From Candidatus Omnitrophota bacterium (lineage in GTDB: Bacteria; Omnitrophota; Gorgyraeia; B26-G9): a DNA stretch of 64,000 nt. The DNA lies in NCBI GenBank assembly GCA_018817165.1, contig JAHITY010000061.1, forward strand, positions 1,733 through 65,732, in the 5' to 3' direction. The notes under the pieces are model-generated. The model worked only from the letters and a program-made list of their open reading frames with translations, was not told where the DNA came from and ran no database searches. This document shows, one piece after another, positions 19,931 to 29,284 of the stretch (positions are counted from its first letter, which is position 1; each line of letters begins with the position of its first letter). Position numbers and translations under genes: made by a program.

Positions 19931-20491
19931 ATGAAAAGTGAAAACTATAGCAAAGACAAAAAACAGCTTCTGGCAATTCTTAAAAAGTTATCTTTTAAAA
20001 AGCAATCTGTAGTTTTAGCTAGCGGCAAAACTAGCGACTATTATTTTGATGGGCGGATAAGCAGCCTTTCCAGTCAAGGATCTTATCTAATGGCTAAAAT
20101 TATTCTCAATATGATAAAAGATGACAAGATCACTGCTATCGGGGGATTAACTCTGGGTGCTGACCCGATTATTGGCGCAACCGTAGCCCTTAGTTATAAA
20201 ACCAGTACGCCGCTCAATGGTTTCATTGTGCGCAAAAACGAAAAAAAACACGGAATGCAAAAAATCATTGAAGGACCTGAACTAAAGAAATCAAGCAAAG
20301 TACTGATAATTGATGATGTAGTCACTACCGGTTCTTCGACAATTCAAGCAATTGAATCTGTTAAAAAAATAGGGTGCAAAATAGTCAGAGTTATTGCTAT
20401 TGTCGACAGATGTGAAGGGGCAAAAGAAAACATTGGTAAAATGGGATGCAAATTAGAATCTATATTTACAATTGAAGATTTCAATATTTAG
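19931..20491 (+). CDS. pyrE: orotate phosphoribosyltransferase
   Basis: PRPP-binding motif VLIIDDVVTTGSS. Confidence 0.85.
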   Translation: MKSENYSKDKKQLLAILKKLSFKKQSVVLASGKTSDYYFDGRISSLSSQGSYLMAKIILNMIKDDKITAIGGLTLGADPIIGATVALSYKTSTPLNGFIVRKNEKKHGMQKIIEGPELKKSSKVLIIDDVVTTGSSTIQAIESVKKIGCKIVRVIAIVDRCEGAKENIGKMGCKLESIFTIEDFNI

Positions 20492-20544
20492 CTATTATTA
20501 AAGTTTTAAAATTGTTCAAACTTTAACTGATTTAAGGAAAAATT

Positions 20545-21288
20545 ATGGATGTTATAGGCATAATACCAGCAAGATATGGGTCAACCCGTCTCCCGGCTAA
20601 AGCATTAGCTGATATTTTAGGTAAACCAATGATCCAGCATATCTATGAGCGAGCCAAACAAGCTTCCATCTTGGATGATGTTATTGTCGCTACAGATGAT
20701 ACGAGAATTAAGGCTGCTGTAGAAAAATTTAGCGGCAAGGTTGTCTTAACCTCCAAAGAACATTCTTCCGGAACAGAACGTTTAACCGAAGTAGTCTTTG
20801 ATCTTGATGTCAAAATAGTTGTCAATATCCAAGGAGATGAACCTCTAATCGAACCTTCGATGATTAATGATGTTGCTTATGCTTTACTTGAAAATGAAAA
20901 TCTAGTAATGTCCACGCTTAAACACCCTATAACAAATCAAGAAGATTACATGAATCCTAATATTGTTAAGGTGGTCACAAACAAAGATAATTTCGCTCTT
21001 TATTTTTCCCGTTCCCCAATCCCAAATATTTTGCGTAAAAATAGCGCCATCCCTAATTATCTATATAAACACTTGGGCATCTATGCCTACACTAAAGATT
21101 TTCTCCTAACGTTTAAGGGCTTAAAAATATCTAAACTTGAAGAGGCTGAATCACTCGAACAATTACGAGCCTTAGAGCATGGATATCCAATCAAGGTTAT
21201 TGAAACAAAACATAACTCTGTAGGGGTAGACACAGAAGAAGATCTACAAAGAGTAATAGAAATTCTTAAATCAAAGACAAACTTTTAA
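20545..21288 (+). CDS. kdsB: 3-deoxy-manno-octulosonate cytidylyltransferase
   Basis: IIPARYGSTRLPAKAL N-terminus. 247 aa. Confidence 0.85.
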   Translation: MDVIGIIPARYGSTRLPAKALADILGKPMIQHIYERAKQASILDDVIVATDDTRIKAAVEKFSGKVVLTSKEHSSGTERLTEVVFDLDVKIVVNIQGDEPLIEPSMINDVAYALLENENLVMSTLKHPITNQEDYMNPNIVKVVTNKDNFALYFSRSPIPNILRKNSAIPNYLYKHLGIYAYTKDFLLTFKGLKISKLEEAESLEQLRALEHGYPIKVIETKHNSVGVDTEEDLQRVIEILKSKTNF

Positions 21289-22721
21289 ATAGATCTTTCA
21301 TTCCATTCAGATTTCATTCTGTTTATAATAGATAATGCCCTTGATTTGTCTTTTTCTGAAACATAAATAGAATATCCCGAAGCAATTGTTCTGATCGGCA
21401 CGCCCCAATTAAAATGCGATGGATTGACTTCTGCCATAATCCCATGACTGCGTAAACACGCTTTTTCTACATCTGCATGAACCTCGTCCTGAGCGATACT
21501 TAAAAATTGCCAGTTTATATCAGGAAATTTATGAATTTTTCTAAAAAACTTTATTTGATCATTCATATCATAATACAATCCTACTAAAACAATCAGCCCA
21601 AACGCGCCAAACATCCCTGAACTTAAAAAAGAAATTTTAAGGCTAGAAGGTAGAATTATCGGAAGATAATACATAACCATAAATAAGATCATACTCAAAA
21701 AAATGCAGTGAAGCATCGCTTGATTTAAATTGTCTTCTATTATTTTTTTCTGGTTCTTATGGGCTTTACATTTTCTGGCCAAAAGAACTTCATAAAAATG
21801 TCTAGGCTGATAAATAATTTTCGCGTACAATAAACTAATCGCAGCGCATGTTAATAAAACAGTGAGAAACGAAAAAATATTTAAAGAAATCTCAAAAAAA
21901 GACAGTATGTACTCTGTAATAATCAGCGGCCACACTCCGATCCACAATGGCCTAATTCTGATAAAAAACTTTTCCTCATCCGCTGAGCAAAACTCAATCT
22001 TACGATTAAACAAAGTAACATATCTCGTCAAATATACAAAAATCAAACAAACAAAACTAAATAGCAAAAGTTGGGTTAAGTCGATAAGATTCCTTCCATA
22101 AAAGACTGAAACCTGGTCTAAGGCAAAAACAAATCTGAGCAATATCTCTGAAGCAAAAATCACAGCAACTCCATTGCCCAGACCAAATCTATTTATAAAC
22201 TCTGAGGCTATTATAAGGATTATACTGCCCCCAATAACAGCTAAAATTGTAGTTAAATGAAATATAAATCCTTCAAAACTAATTATATTAAAGCTGGGAA
22301 AACTGTTTAATAATTCAATATCAAGCGCTATAAAATACGCATGAAACGCGCTTATCAATATAGCCGCGATTAAAGTAAAAATCGCCATCATATGCGAAGT
22401 CCCCTTAACTGAAAAAAACTTTCTATTTCCGCCAGGCACTAAAAACCCAATTACTTGGACAAGTAAGCATGCGTGAATGAATGGCATTATCCCCAAAGAG
22501 AATATTGAAAGATTTCTTAACTTACCAAAATGGAGTAATCCCATTAAATCAAAGAAACTGCCCCCCTGGGCAAGAATATGCTTATGATAAAAATCACTTA
22601 ATGCTACCATTCTTACACCAGGAACAGGGATAAAATAAATCAATCGCACGAAAATAACTGTTAAAAAACTAATCATCATTCTTTTTAAAATAACATATTT
22701 GCTGGATTGTTTATTAAACAT
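21285..22721 (-). CDS. divergent SecY-like protein-conducting channel subunit with a ~70-aa C-terminal DUF2007-like extension
   Basis: Collinear with SecY:
- FIPVPGV near the N-terminus.
- SIFSLGIMPF, corresponding to SIFALGIMPYI.
- FINRFGLGNGVAVIFASEIL, corresponding to ITERGIGNGISLIIFAGI.
- IRIRPLWIGVWPLIITEYIL, corresponding to PLKVNPAGVIPIIFA.
- FGAFGLIVLVGLYYD, corresponding to GGTSLLIVVGVALD.

A cytoplasmic tail follows: AQDEVHADVEKACLRSHGIMAEV...SIYVSEKDKSRALSII. This is not in a ribosomal-protein operon. Confidence 0.55.
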   Translation of the reverse strand: MFNKQSSKYVILKRMMISFLTVIFVRLIYFIPVPGVRMVALSDFYHKHILAQGGSFFDLMGLLHFGKLRNLSIFSLGIMPFIHACLLVQVIGFLVPGGNRKFFSVKGTSHMMAIFTLIAAILISAFHAYFIALDIELLNSFPSFNIISFEGFIFHLTTILAVIGGSIILIIASEFINRFGLGNGVAVIFASEILLRFVFALDQVSVFYGRNLIDLTQLLLFSFVCLIFVYLTRYVTLFNRKIEFCSADEEKFFIRIRPLWIGVWPLIITEYILSFFEISLNIFSFLTVLLTCAAISLLYAKIIYQPRHFYEVLLARKCKAHKNQKKIIEDNLNQAMLHCIFLSMILFMVMYYLPIILPSSLKISFLSSGMFGAFGLIVLVGLYYDMNDQIKFFRKIHKFPDINWQFLSIAQDEVHADVEKACLRSHGIMAEVNPSHFNWGVPIRTIASGYSIYVSEKDKSRALSIINRMKSEWNERSI

Positions 22722-22857
22722 TTGTTTATGCTTCTCCTATAATTATCCCATTTTTATTACTTTAGCCTTTAACATATTATCCGGGGCAGATAAACTGTAT
22801 ACAAAATTTATGATAAAGAAATATTTAAGTAAATTCACTTCCCGGCAAAGGGAAGGC

Positions 22858-22886
22858 TTGACAAAAAAAGGCATGTGTGTTAATCT
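22858..22886 (+). promoter_or_regulatory. sigma70-type promoter (TTGACA-17nt-TAATCT)
   Basis: A perfect -35 with a 17-nt spacer. It lies about 50 nt upstream of a strong SD and ATG. Confidence 0.35.
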
Positions 22887-22936
22887 TAAAGCATTGAATG
22901 GAGTCATCTTACATTTACAGGGAGGTAAATCACCGG

Positions 22937-23137
22937 ATGCCTAATAATAAGTTCCACTCTAATCACAAAAAGAAAACTGCTAAAAAAAGTCCTAACCACG
23001 CCTTAAAAATAGTTATCTTTGAGAATTCATTAGCTGCCAATGCGAGTGATTCTGATATAAAACGCGCTTCTTTTTTATTTAATAACTTACAAAAAAAAAT
23101 CATAAAAACAAAAATTGCTCGAATAAATTTAAATTAA
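22937..23137 (+). CDS. small basic hypothetical protein (66 aa)
   Basis: AGGGAGGT SD lies 9 nt upstream of the ATG. The ORF is Lys-rich. It sits inside the longer 22898 ORF of the track. Confidence 0.3.
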   Translation: MPNNKFHSNHKKKTAKKSPNHALKIVIFENSLAANASDSDIKRASFLFNNLQKKIIKTKIARINLN

Positions 23138-23293
23138 AACTTTTAGTTTTAGGCAATTTTACTCTGCATACAATCCGTATTTTAAAAATTATTATTGCGA
23201 CAATCCCTTTAGATATTTACAATCTCATATCAAAAAGCTACTGGCAAAAAGAATAAAAGAGGGGAAAATATTTCTTTGCTACAGAACCAACAT

Positions 23294-23542
23294 CTATTCT
23301 GATGTTGTTCCTTTTTTCTTCTTAAATAATTGCGAAAGTTTATCCAGGTTTGCGTGTTTATTATTAGATGAATTAATGTTTTGGTCGTGTATAGAATTAT
23401 ATATTTCTTTTCTATGAACAGGGACTTCTCTTGGCGCGGTTATTCCTAATTTAACCTGCTCTCCCCGAACTTCAACAACCTTAATTTCAATATTATCACC
23501 AATAATTATGCTTTCATTTGGTTTGCGCGAAAGAACTAACAT
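23294..23542 (-). CDS. csrA: carbon storage regulator CsrA with extended C-terminal tail
   Basis: [48 protein letters not shown]. Confidence 0.85.
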
Positions 23543-23990
23543 CCGTATCCTCTATCTTTCTTAGCATGTCTTCTAAAATTAAATGTTGCACTGAATAATC
23601 TTGTTCATGCAAAATTACCTGTCTTCCAATTTTATTATTCTTATTTAAAATAATCGGAGCCAGTAAATTTGCACTTATTTCATCAGAATCTTTCGGCACA
23701 CAAACTAAAGCATAAATACTACATTCGGATAAATCAGTAATTTGTAAAGCCATTTTGTCGGCTGCGCTTAAAACAGGATTGTACTCTTTCTGAAATTCAT
23801 TTGGGTCAATTATTATAAATGCTAAGTTATTATCTTGAACTGATTCCAACCAAACAAATGGTTCTTTTGACCTATCATGAATAATTTCAAACTCCTTATG
23901 CTCGCTAAAACCAATTATCCCTTCAGGAAAAAACATAGATGTTGACTTAACCTTTAAAGCACTTTCCTCTTGAACTACTGAAGTTTTCAT
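23514..23990 (-). CDS. fliW: flagellar assembly factor / CsrA antagonist FliW
   Basis: 158 aa. FPEGIIGF...PFVWLES...FIIIDP pattern. It is translationally coupled to csrA by a 29-nt overlap. Confidence 0.8.
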
Positions 23991-24033
23991 ATAAAAGTAA
24001 TCCCCCCTTCTAACAACGCATTAAAATGCGTGT

Positions 24034-26286
24034 CTATTGCGCTCTTTCAAGCAAAAATTCTAGACTTCCTAAAATATCAATTGTTATCTGATCTTCTGGT
24101 TCAATTATCAATACTTGCTCTAATTCATATTTTGCTCGAGCATAATTTTTATTTAGAATAGCACTCATTCCCCTTTGAAAATAAATCTGGGCACGCTCTT
24201 TCTCTAAGCCCTTAAAATCTAATGTCAGGTTCTGCATCATTGTAGCCTTACTCGTAAGCATTCCTTCAAGCAATTCTACTTGATTCTCGCGAAAGCCATC
24301 CATTTTTATTTTAAGATCACCTTCTTCCATCACTTTATTCTTAAGCTTAACAGTCACTTCTTCCAAGCGGTTTTTATATTCTTTTTCCGCATTTAGTTTG
24401 CTATTTTCAGCTTCGTGAAGAGCTGCGAGATACTTGGATTCAAGTAATTTATTTTTCTTTTCCCACTCTTGAGCGTTTTTCATCAATTTATCATCACATA
24501 CACTCTCTAGCGCTACCATGTTTTTTTTCTGCTTTGCCAGACGACTTTCAAATATAGATTTTTGATTCACTAGCTTTTTATTCACTTCTTCTAATTGCTT
24601 CTTTTCTTTTAACAATAAATCTTCGTATTTAAGCGCTACTCCCTGCTCAAACAATTTTTTTTGTTTTTCAGATTCTTGTCTTATTGACTCCAGCTCTTTA
24701 ATTAAACGCTGATTTTCCAATTGAGTATTATTTAAATCCTCGTTTAGAACTTTGGTGATTTTTTGTTGACTCGCTATTTCCTCCCCGGAATAAAGCGACA
24801 ATTTTTTATTTAAATTAGCAATCCGATTATCTTTTTCCTGGATAATTATTTCCTGAGTTTTAAATTCTTCTTTCAGTTTAATTTGATATATTTTCAATTG
24901 CTCTGAAGATTTTTTTAATGTATCTATCTGCTGCTGCAATTCATTTTTTTGTTTTTCTATTTCTTTGCTAAATTCCAATTCTTTATTTGCCGCAAATTGC
25001 CGTAAAGTTTTTTCTCTATCTAGAGCTTGAGCTTTTACTGCTTTAATTTCCTCATCTTTATCTGAGATTATTTTGATTTGCATTTGTTCTTTTTCACGCA
25101 TAACCATATCAAGCTGCTTATACTTCTCTTTGATCTTTTCTTCGAAATCTCCCGCGACGCTCAATGCGACCGCTTTATTCTGTTCTTCTTTTTTTTCTAA
25201 CTGCTCTTTAATGTCCAGGTCTTTACGTGCAATAATCTGGTTAAAAACAGCTTGCTGATTTTCATGTTTCAGAGTTAAATCTTTTACCTGCTGTTTAAGT
25301 GCAAGCATCTGACTATCTCGCAGAGAAACATCTTCTCTAATATTTCCAATTTCCTGTTCGCGATTAAAAGTGTCTTTTTGATTACCTTCTACTATTTTTT
25401 GAATTTGCTCATTATATTGTTTTTCTTTTGATGCTAAAATATCTGCTTGCGCCTTAAGTTTCTCATTAAGCAGCTGAACTTCATTCCTCAGCAATTTCAG
25501 CTGCGCTTCTCTGCTGGAATTATCTGCTGCTTTTCCAAACTGATCAGAAAGGGTTTTAAGCTTAATTTCATGATCAAGTTCTTTTTGGATTAAGGTCTGC
25601 TCATAGTCTTTGTTTTCCGCTACACGCTGTTGTTTGGAAATTTCAAGTTGTTTGTTCAGTTCTTCAATTGAAATTTTGCATTCTTCAAGAGTTTTTGTTT
25701 TTTCTTGCTTTAATTCTTTCTGCATGTTTTCTAATCCCAAGTTCTTTTTTTTGAGATCAGTGATTTCATTAAGAGACTGTTCATTTTTCTGCCCGAGCTG
25801 CGCTACCGCTTCCTTTAACTGGGCAATTTCTTTGCGCTGCGTTTCGTCGCTATTTCTTTTTTCCTGTTCTAAAGATTCTTGACTATCTAAACGCTCATCA
25901 GACTGTTGCTGCAGATTCTTTATTTTATTTTGAGCAGCACTCAACTGTTCTTGGAGTTGTGCTATTTGTTGTTGATTATCAGCTACAGGAACTTCCGCTT
26001 TTACTTCCTGCTGTTTTAAAAGCCTGTCATAAAGATCTCTTTGATTCTGTAAAGCAAGCGCATGTTCTACTTCTTGCTGTTTTATTTTCTTTTTAAGAAA
26101 AGCTATTTCAGTATCAAGAATTTTCTTAAAATAATAAGAATCCTGCTTTTTTTGTGCTCCTGAACTTTCGAGGGTTTGAGAATACCCATATGAACACAAA
26201 ATAACTCCAAAAATAATTACAAACAAAAATAAATATTTATGTTTTTTATTTACGCATTTTAACCCTTTAGCCATACAGCTCAACAT
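24034..26286 (-). CDS. large membrane-anchored coiled-coil protein with C-terminal TPR-like segment
   Basis: About 750 aa. One N-terminal TM helix, then roughly 600 aa of heptad-rich charged coiled coil. Start reassigned to the MLSCMAKG codon, because an intrinsic-terminator-like hairpin and U-run lie inside the track ORF N-terminus. Confidence 0.55.
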   Translation of the reverse strand: MLSCMAKGLKCVNKKHKYLFLFVIIFGVILCSYGYSQTLESSGAQKKQDSYYFKKILDTEIAFLKKKIKQQEVEHALALQNQRDLYDRLLKQQEVKAEVPVADNQQQIAQLQEQLSAAQNKIKNLQQQSDERLDSQESLEQEKRNSDETQRKEIAQLKEAVAQLGQKNEQSLNEITDLKKKNLGLENMQKELKQEKTKTLEECKISIEELNKQLEISKQQRVAENKDYEQTLIQKELDHEIKLKTLSDQFGKAADNSSREAQLKLLRNEVQLLNEKLKAQADILASKEKQYNEQIQKIVEGNQKDTFNREQEIGNIREDVSLRDSQMLALKQQVKDLTLKHENQQAVFNQIIARKDLDIKEQLEKKEEQNKAVALSVAGDFEEKIKEKYKQLDMVMREKEQMQIKIISDKDEEIKAVKAQALDREKTLRQFAANKELEFSKEIEKQKNELQQQIDTLKKSSEQLKIYQIKLKEEFKTQEIIIQEKDNRIANLNKKLSLYSGEEIASQQKITKVLNEDLNNTQLENQRLIKELESIRQESEKQKKLFEQGVALKYEDLLLKEKKQLEEVNKKLVNQKSIFESRLAKQKKNMVALESVCDDKLMKNAQEWEKKNKLLESKYLAALHEAENSKLNAEKEYKNRLEEVTVKLKNKVMEEGDLKIKMDGFRENQVELLEGMLTSKATMMQNLTLDFKGLEKERAQIYFQRGMSAILNKNYARAKYELEQVLIIEPEDQITIDILGSLEFLLERAQ

Positions 26287-26317
26287 ATTTATCTTTCGAT
26301 TTAAATTAAGTTTTAAC

Positions 26318-26339
26318 AAAAAAAACCGAACTCGGTTTC
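26318..26339 (-). terminator. terminator-like hairpin plus U8 in the leader of the coiled-coil gene
   Basis: Minus strand: aaaccg-agtt-cggttt followed by tttttttt. It lies 30 nt upstream of the reassigned start. An upstream near-copy aaaccgagcaggttt could form an alternative pairing. Confidence 0.4.
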
Positions 26340-26788
26340 CCATAAAGAAACCTGCTCGGTTTTACCACAACATTTTGATCTTTTAATTGCTTTTGCATTA
26401 AACCTAACAATCTATTTTTGATTTTAAAATATAATCTACTAAAATCATAAATTAAAACAATCCACTCGATTAAATTTATCTTAAAACTCGGATTTTTTTC
26501 ATCGCCCCTACTCCCCCCAGCCCTAGGTAATTTCTAATATTCAACTACATTAATTACCATTATTTAGCTTGAGTTTCATCTCACATTACAATTATCTAGT
26601 TTATTGCGCTAAAAGTCAAGCAAAAATTGACTTTTTTAAAGCATTTCATACTACATTTAGATTATTTATTCAGATAGGACTACAATATGTTGAGGTTTGG
26701 CAAATTTTAGACAAAATTATATGCTTAAAATTGTTGTGCTAATGATTTTTTAAAAACACAATATGTTGTATAGATTAGCACTTAAAAT

Positions 26789-27544
26789 TTATTTAAAAGA
26801 AAGTTTTGGGCATAATTCGAGAGAAAATTTCACCAATTCCGCCATTTGATTTTTTATTTTTAATTTTTCAGACAAAGAAAACTCACCCCAAAAAGGCCTT
26901 GTTAAAAGATTATCACTGACAAAGCAAAGGGCAATTGCATTAATCTTTTTAAGGTTTGCTGCAGCATAAAATAATGCACACTCTAAATCAACCGACTGAA
27001 CCCCTGCCCGGTAAAGCTCATCAGCAACTTCAGCCCCTTGATCAATGAAAGTATGGATGCTTAGGGTACTAGCTTTTTTTAAAAAAATGTTTTTTTCTTT
27101 AGCCAGCATTAGGCTACTGTCCACCAACTTCTTTGCCGGAAAAAATTCTTTCTTCAAACCTTCTCCAAAAGCAATTCCCAGTTTATTATAGTATGTTGTA
27201 TCAAAAAAAGCCTTTTCAATAATTACATTGTCCGCTATTTTTAAATCTCTTACCGCTCCGATCGCTCCCAGGAAAATTATTGCTTTTACTCTTTTTTGGT
27301 CTTGCGCCAAAATACAATCAGCAACTAATGATTGCCCCATGCCTGTGTAAATAAAAGTTACTTTTTGATCTTTAAATACCCCGGTTAACCCATGAAACAA
27401 CATCCCTCTAAAATATTGCGAATTTTTAAGAAAAGAAGCGAATAATTTAGGATTGAAAAATGGGCTGATTACCAAAAATTCGCCTATTTCATCATAACTT
27501 ATTCCAAAAAGTTTAATGAATTTTTTTTCTTCGATTTTATTCAT
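26789..27544 (-). CDS. PNP/UDP-family nucleoside phosphorylase/nucleosidase-like protein
   Basis: Phosphorylase family-1 fold pattern (TGMGQ.. and IFLGAIGAV). Overlaps the upstream gene by 4 nt. Confidence 0.55.
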   Translation of the reverse strand: MNKIEEKKFIKLFGISYDEIGEFLVISPFFNPKLFASFLKNSQYFRGMLFHGLTGVFKDQKVTFIYTGMGQSLVADCILAQDQKRVKAIIFLGAIGAVRDLKIADNVIIEKAFFDTTYYNKLGIAFGEGLKKEFFPAKKLVDSSLMLAKEKNIFLKKASTLSIHTFIDQGAEVADELYRAGVQSVDLECALFYAAANLKKINAIALCFVSDNLLTRPFWGEFSLSEKLKIKNQMAELVKFSLELCPKLSFK

Positions 27545-28617
27545 TTTATCTCAACCAAATCATAATCAATATTACCAAGACCTATTTCCTGCGCATATAT
27601 TAGCTGATTCATGTAATAATCAGCACCCGGAAATACTCGGTTGAAAATATCTCCTTGAGCACTTTCGATTATCATGTCTGCAGCTGCCTTATCGCAAGCA
27701 ACAGGATCTGTTGAGGCAAATATGCCAATATCATTTACTATTGCAGGCTCATCTTTTGCCATACAATCACAATTTTTAGTTATATGTATCGCAAAATTGA
27801 AAAATACCTTTTGTTTGACATTAAGCAATACGCCATATGCGTACTCAACCATTTTTTCGCTCAATATTTTAGCGTCTTCGCCATAACTCTCGGCAATAGC
27901 GGCAAATTTGCAAGCAGCGATACACTTTCCGCAACCAATGCAAATCTCTGGCTTAATAAAAGCCTTTTTCTGATTTTCAACAATAGCTTTAACTTGGCAC
28001 TGACTCATACAGCGCTGGCAAAAAGTACATTTATTCGTTATTATTTTTGGTTTAATATTGGAATGCTGTCTCAATTTTCCTGAACGCGATGCAAGCCCCA
28101 TCCCAATATTCTTAATCGAAGCCGCAAATCCTGTAAGCAAATGGCCTGTAACATGAGCAATGCTTACAAGCGAATCAAAATACATGACTGGCTTAGCGAT
28201 ATTCACATTTTTAAAATGTTTTTTATTTATCTCTATATCCATACTGTTTTCACCCCAAAGCCCGTCCGCAATGAATACCGGCGCTCCTAAAGAAACCGGG
28301 TCAAAACCATGCTCTGCTCCTAACATAAGATGGTCAACAGCATTAACTCTTTTACCTTGATAGAGTACATTTGTTTCAACTATAAAAGGTTTAGCCGCCT
28401 TTGACTTTAATTGATTTATCAATTGCTTAACAATTACAGCATCAACATGCCCAGTATTGCCTTGTTCGCCCAGATGAGTTTTTATCGGAATCATTTCCCC
28501 TTTTTTAATATCCTCAAATAACTTACTTTGTTTTATTAAATTCTTGAATTTATCAGCAGTTAGCACTTTATCCTGCGAATTTTGCACTGCCTGAAAAAAA
28601 ACCATGCTTTTTGACAT
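27541..28617 (-). CDS. DUF362 domain protein with embedded 2x[4Fe-4S] ferredoxin domain
   Basis: CTFCQRCMSQC and CIGCGKCIAAC clusters sit inside a DUF362-like scaffold. Confidence 0.6.
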   Translation of the reverse strand: MSKSMVFFQAVQNSQDKVLTADKFKNLIKQSKLFEDIKKGEMIPIKTHLGEQGNTGHVDAVIVKQLINQLKSKAAKPFIVETNVLYQGKRVNAVDHLMLGAEHGFDPVSLGAPVFIADGLWGENSMDIEINKKHFKNVNIAKPVMYFDSLVSIAHVTGHLLTGFAASIKNIGMGLASRSGKLRQHSNIKPKIITNKCTFCQRCMSQCQVKAIVENQKKAFIKPEICIGCGKCIAACKFAAIAESYGEDAKILSEKMVEYAYGVLLNVKQKVFFNFAIHITKNCDCMAKDEPAIVNDIGIFASTDPVACDKAAADMIIESAQGDIFNRVFPGADYYMNQLIYAQEIGLGNIDYDLVEIK

Positions 28618-28671
28618 CGGGAAACTCCTTTAAATAATTAAAGCGTTTGTATCGGGCTCCTTATTATACCC

Positions 28672-28712
<41 letters not shown>

Positions 28713-28788
28713 CACAAACAAAAACAAGAATTTCTTATACTATAGATTATAAATAAAAATATTCTATTATTTGAATATACGCCTTGTA

Positions 28789-28821
28789 ATAAAAAAACTC
28801 CACAATTAATGTTGTGGAGTT
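28789..28821 (-). terminator. intrinsic terminator of the tRNA operon
   Basis: 10-bp stem aactccacaa/ttgtggagtt with loop ttaat. T7 run on the minus strand follows tRNA-Gly. Confidence 0.55.
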
Positions 28822-28827
28822 TCAATT

Positions 28828-28901
28828 TGGAGCGGGAGAAGGGAATCGAACCCTCGTGTATAGCTTGGAAGGCTATCGTTCTACCATTGAACTACTCCCG
28901 C
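28828..28901 (-). tRNA. tRNA-Gly (anticodon TCC)
   Basis: Manual cloverleaf. Acceptor gcgggag/ctcccgc, D-stem gttc/gaac, anticodon loop cttccaa, T-loop ttcgatt, discriminator U, encoded CCA. Confidence 0.9.
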
Positions 28902-29048
28902 AATATTTTTTCTAATACAGCCCTATACCATTCGCTATGCTCAGGTACAGGACATAAACCATTTTATGGTTACGCCATGAACCGAGTACCGCAAAGCGGT
29001 ACTCAGCGAAGCCTGAAGCCTAAACAATTTGTTTAGGCGAATGGTTTA

Positions 29049-29132
29049 TGGTGGGCAGGATAGGATTTGAACCTATGTAGGCGTCGCCGGCAGATTTACA
29101 GTCTGCTGCCATTTCCACTCGGCCACCTGCCC
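29049..29132 (-). tRNA. tRNA-Tyr (anticodon GTA), class II with long variable arm
   Basis: Manual fold. Anticodon loop ctgtaaa, T-loop ttcaaat, encoded CCA. 84 nt. Confidence 0.9.
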
Positions 29133-29185
29133 AAAAAACAAATTACAAATATTAGCTTTCAGCTTAAATATTTGTAATTTAAAAA

Positions 29186-29260
29186 TGGAGCTGGCGAGAG
29201 GAATCGAACCCCCAACCAGGTGATTACAAATCACCTGCTCTACCGTTGAGCCACGCCAGC
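29186..29260 (-). tRNA. tRNA-Thr (anticodon TGT)
   Basis: Manual fold. Anticodon stem ggtga/tcacc, loop tttgtaa, T-loop ttcgatt, encoded CCA. Confidence 0.9.
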
Positions 29261-29284
29261 CTATTTATTAAACAAATTGTTATG

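Noticed and set aside
26287-26343. First ATG of the 769-aa coiled-coil ORF (MGNRVRFFLLKLNLN...)
   Set aside because: This stretch encodes a hairpin plus U8 (RFFLL comes from cggtttttttt). The downstream MLSCMAKG start precedes the TM helix. Start moved to 26286.
26505-26535. ccctactcccccc string (reverse complement GTAGGGG) in the 450-bp leader, as a possible further REP
   Set aside because: No flanking hairpin. Only the head heptamer matches.
28809-29036. 75-aa plus-strand ORF
   Set aside because: It lies across tRNA-Gly and tRNA-Tyr and their spacer. It is a translation artefact of tRNA sequence.
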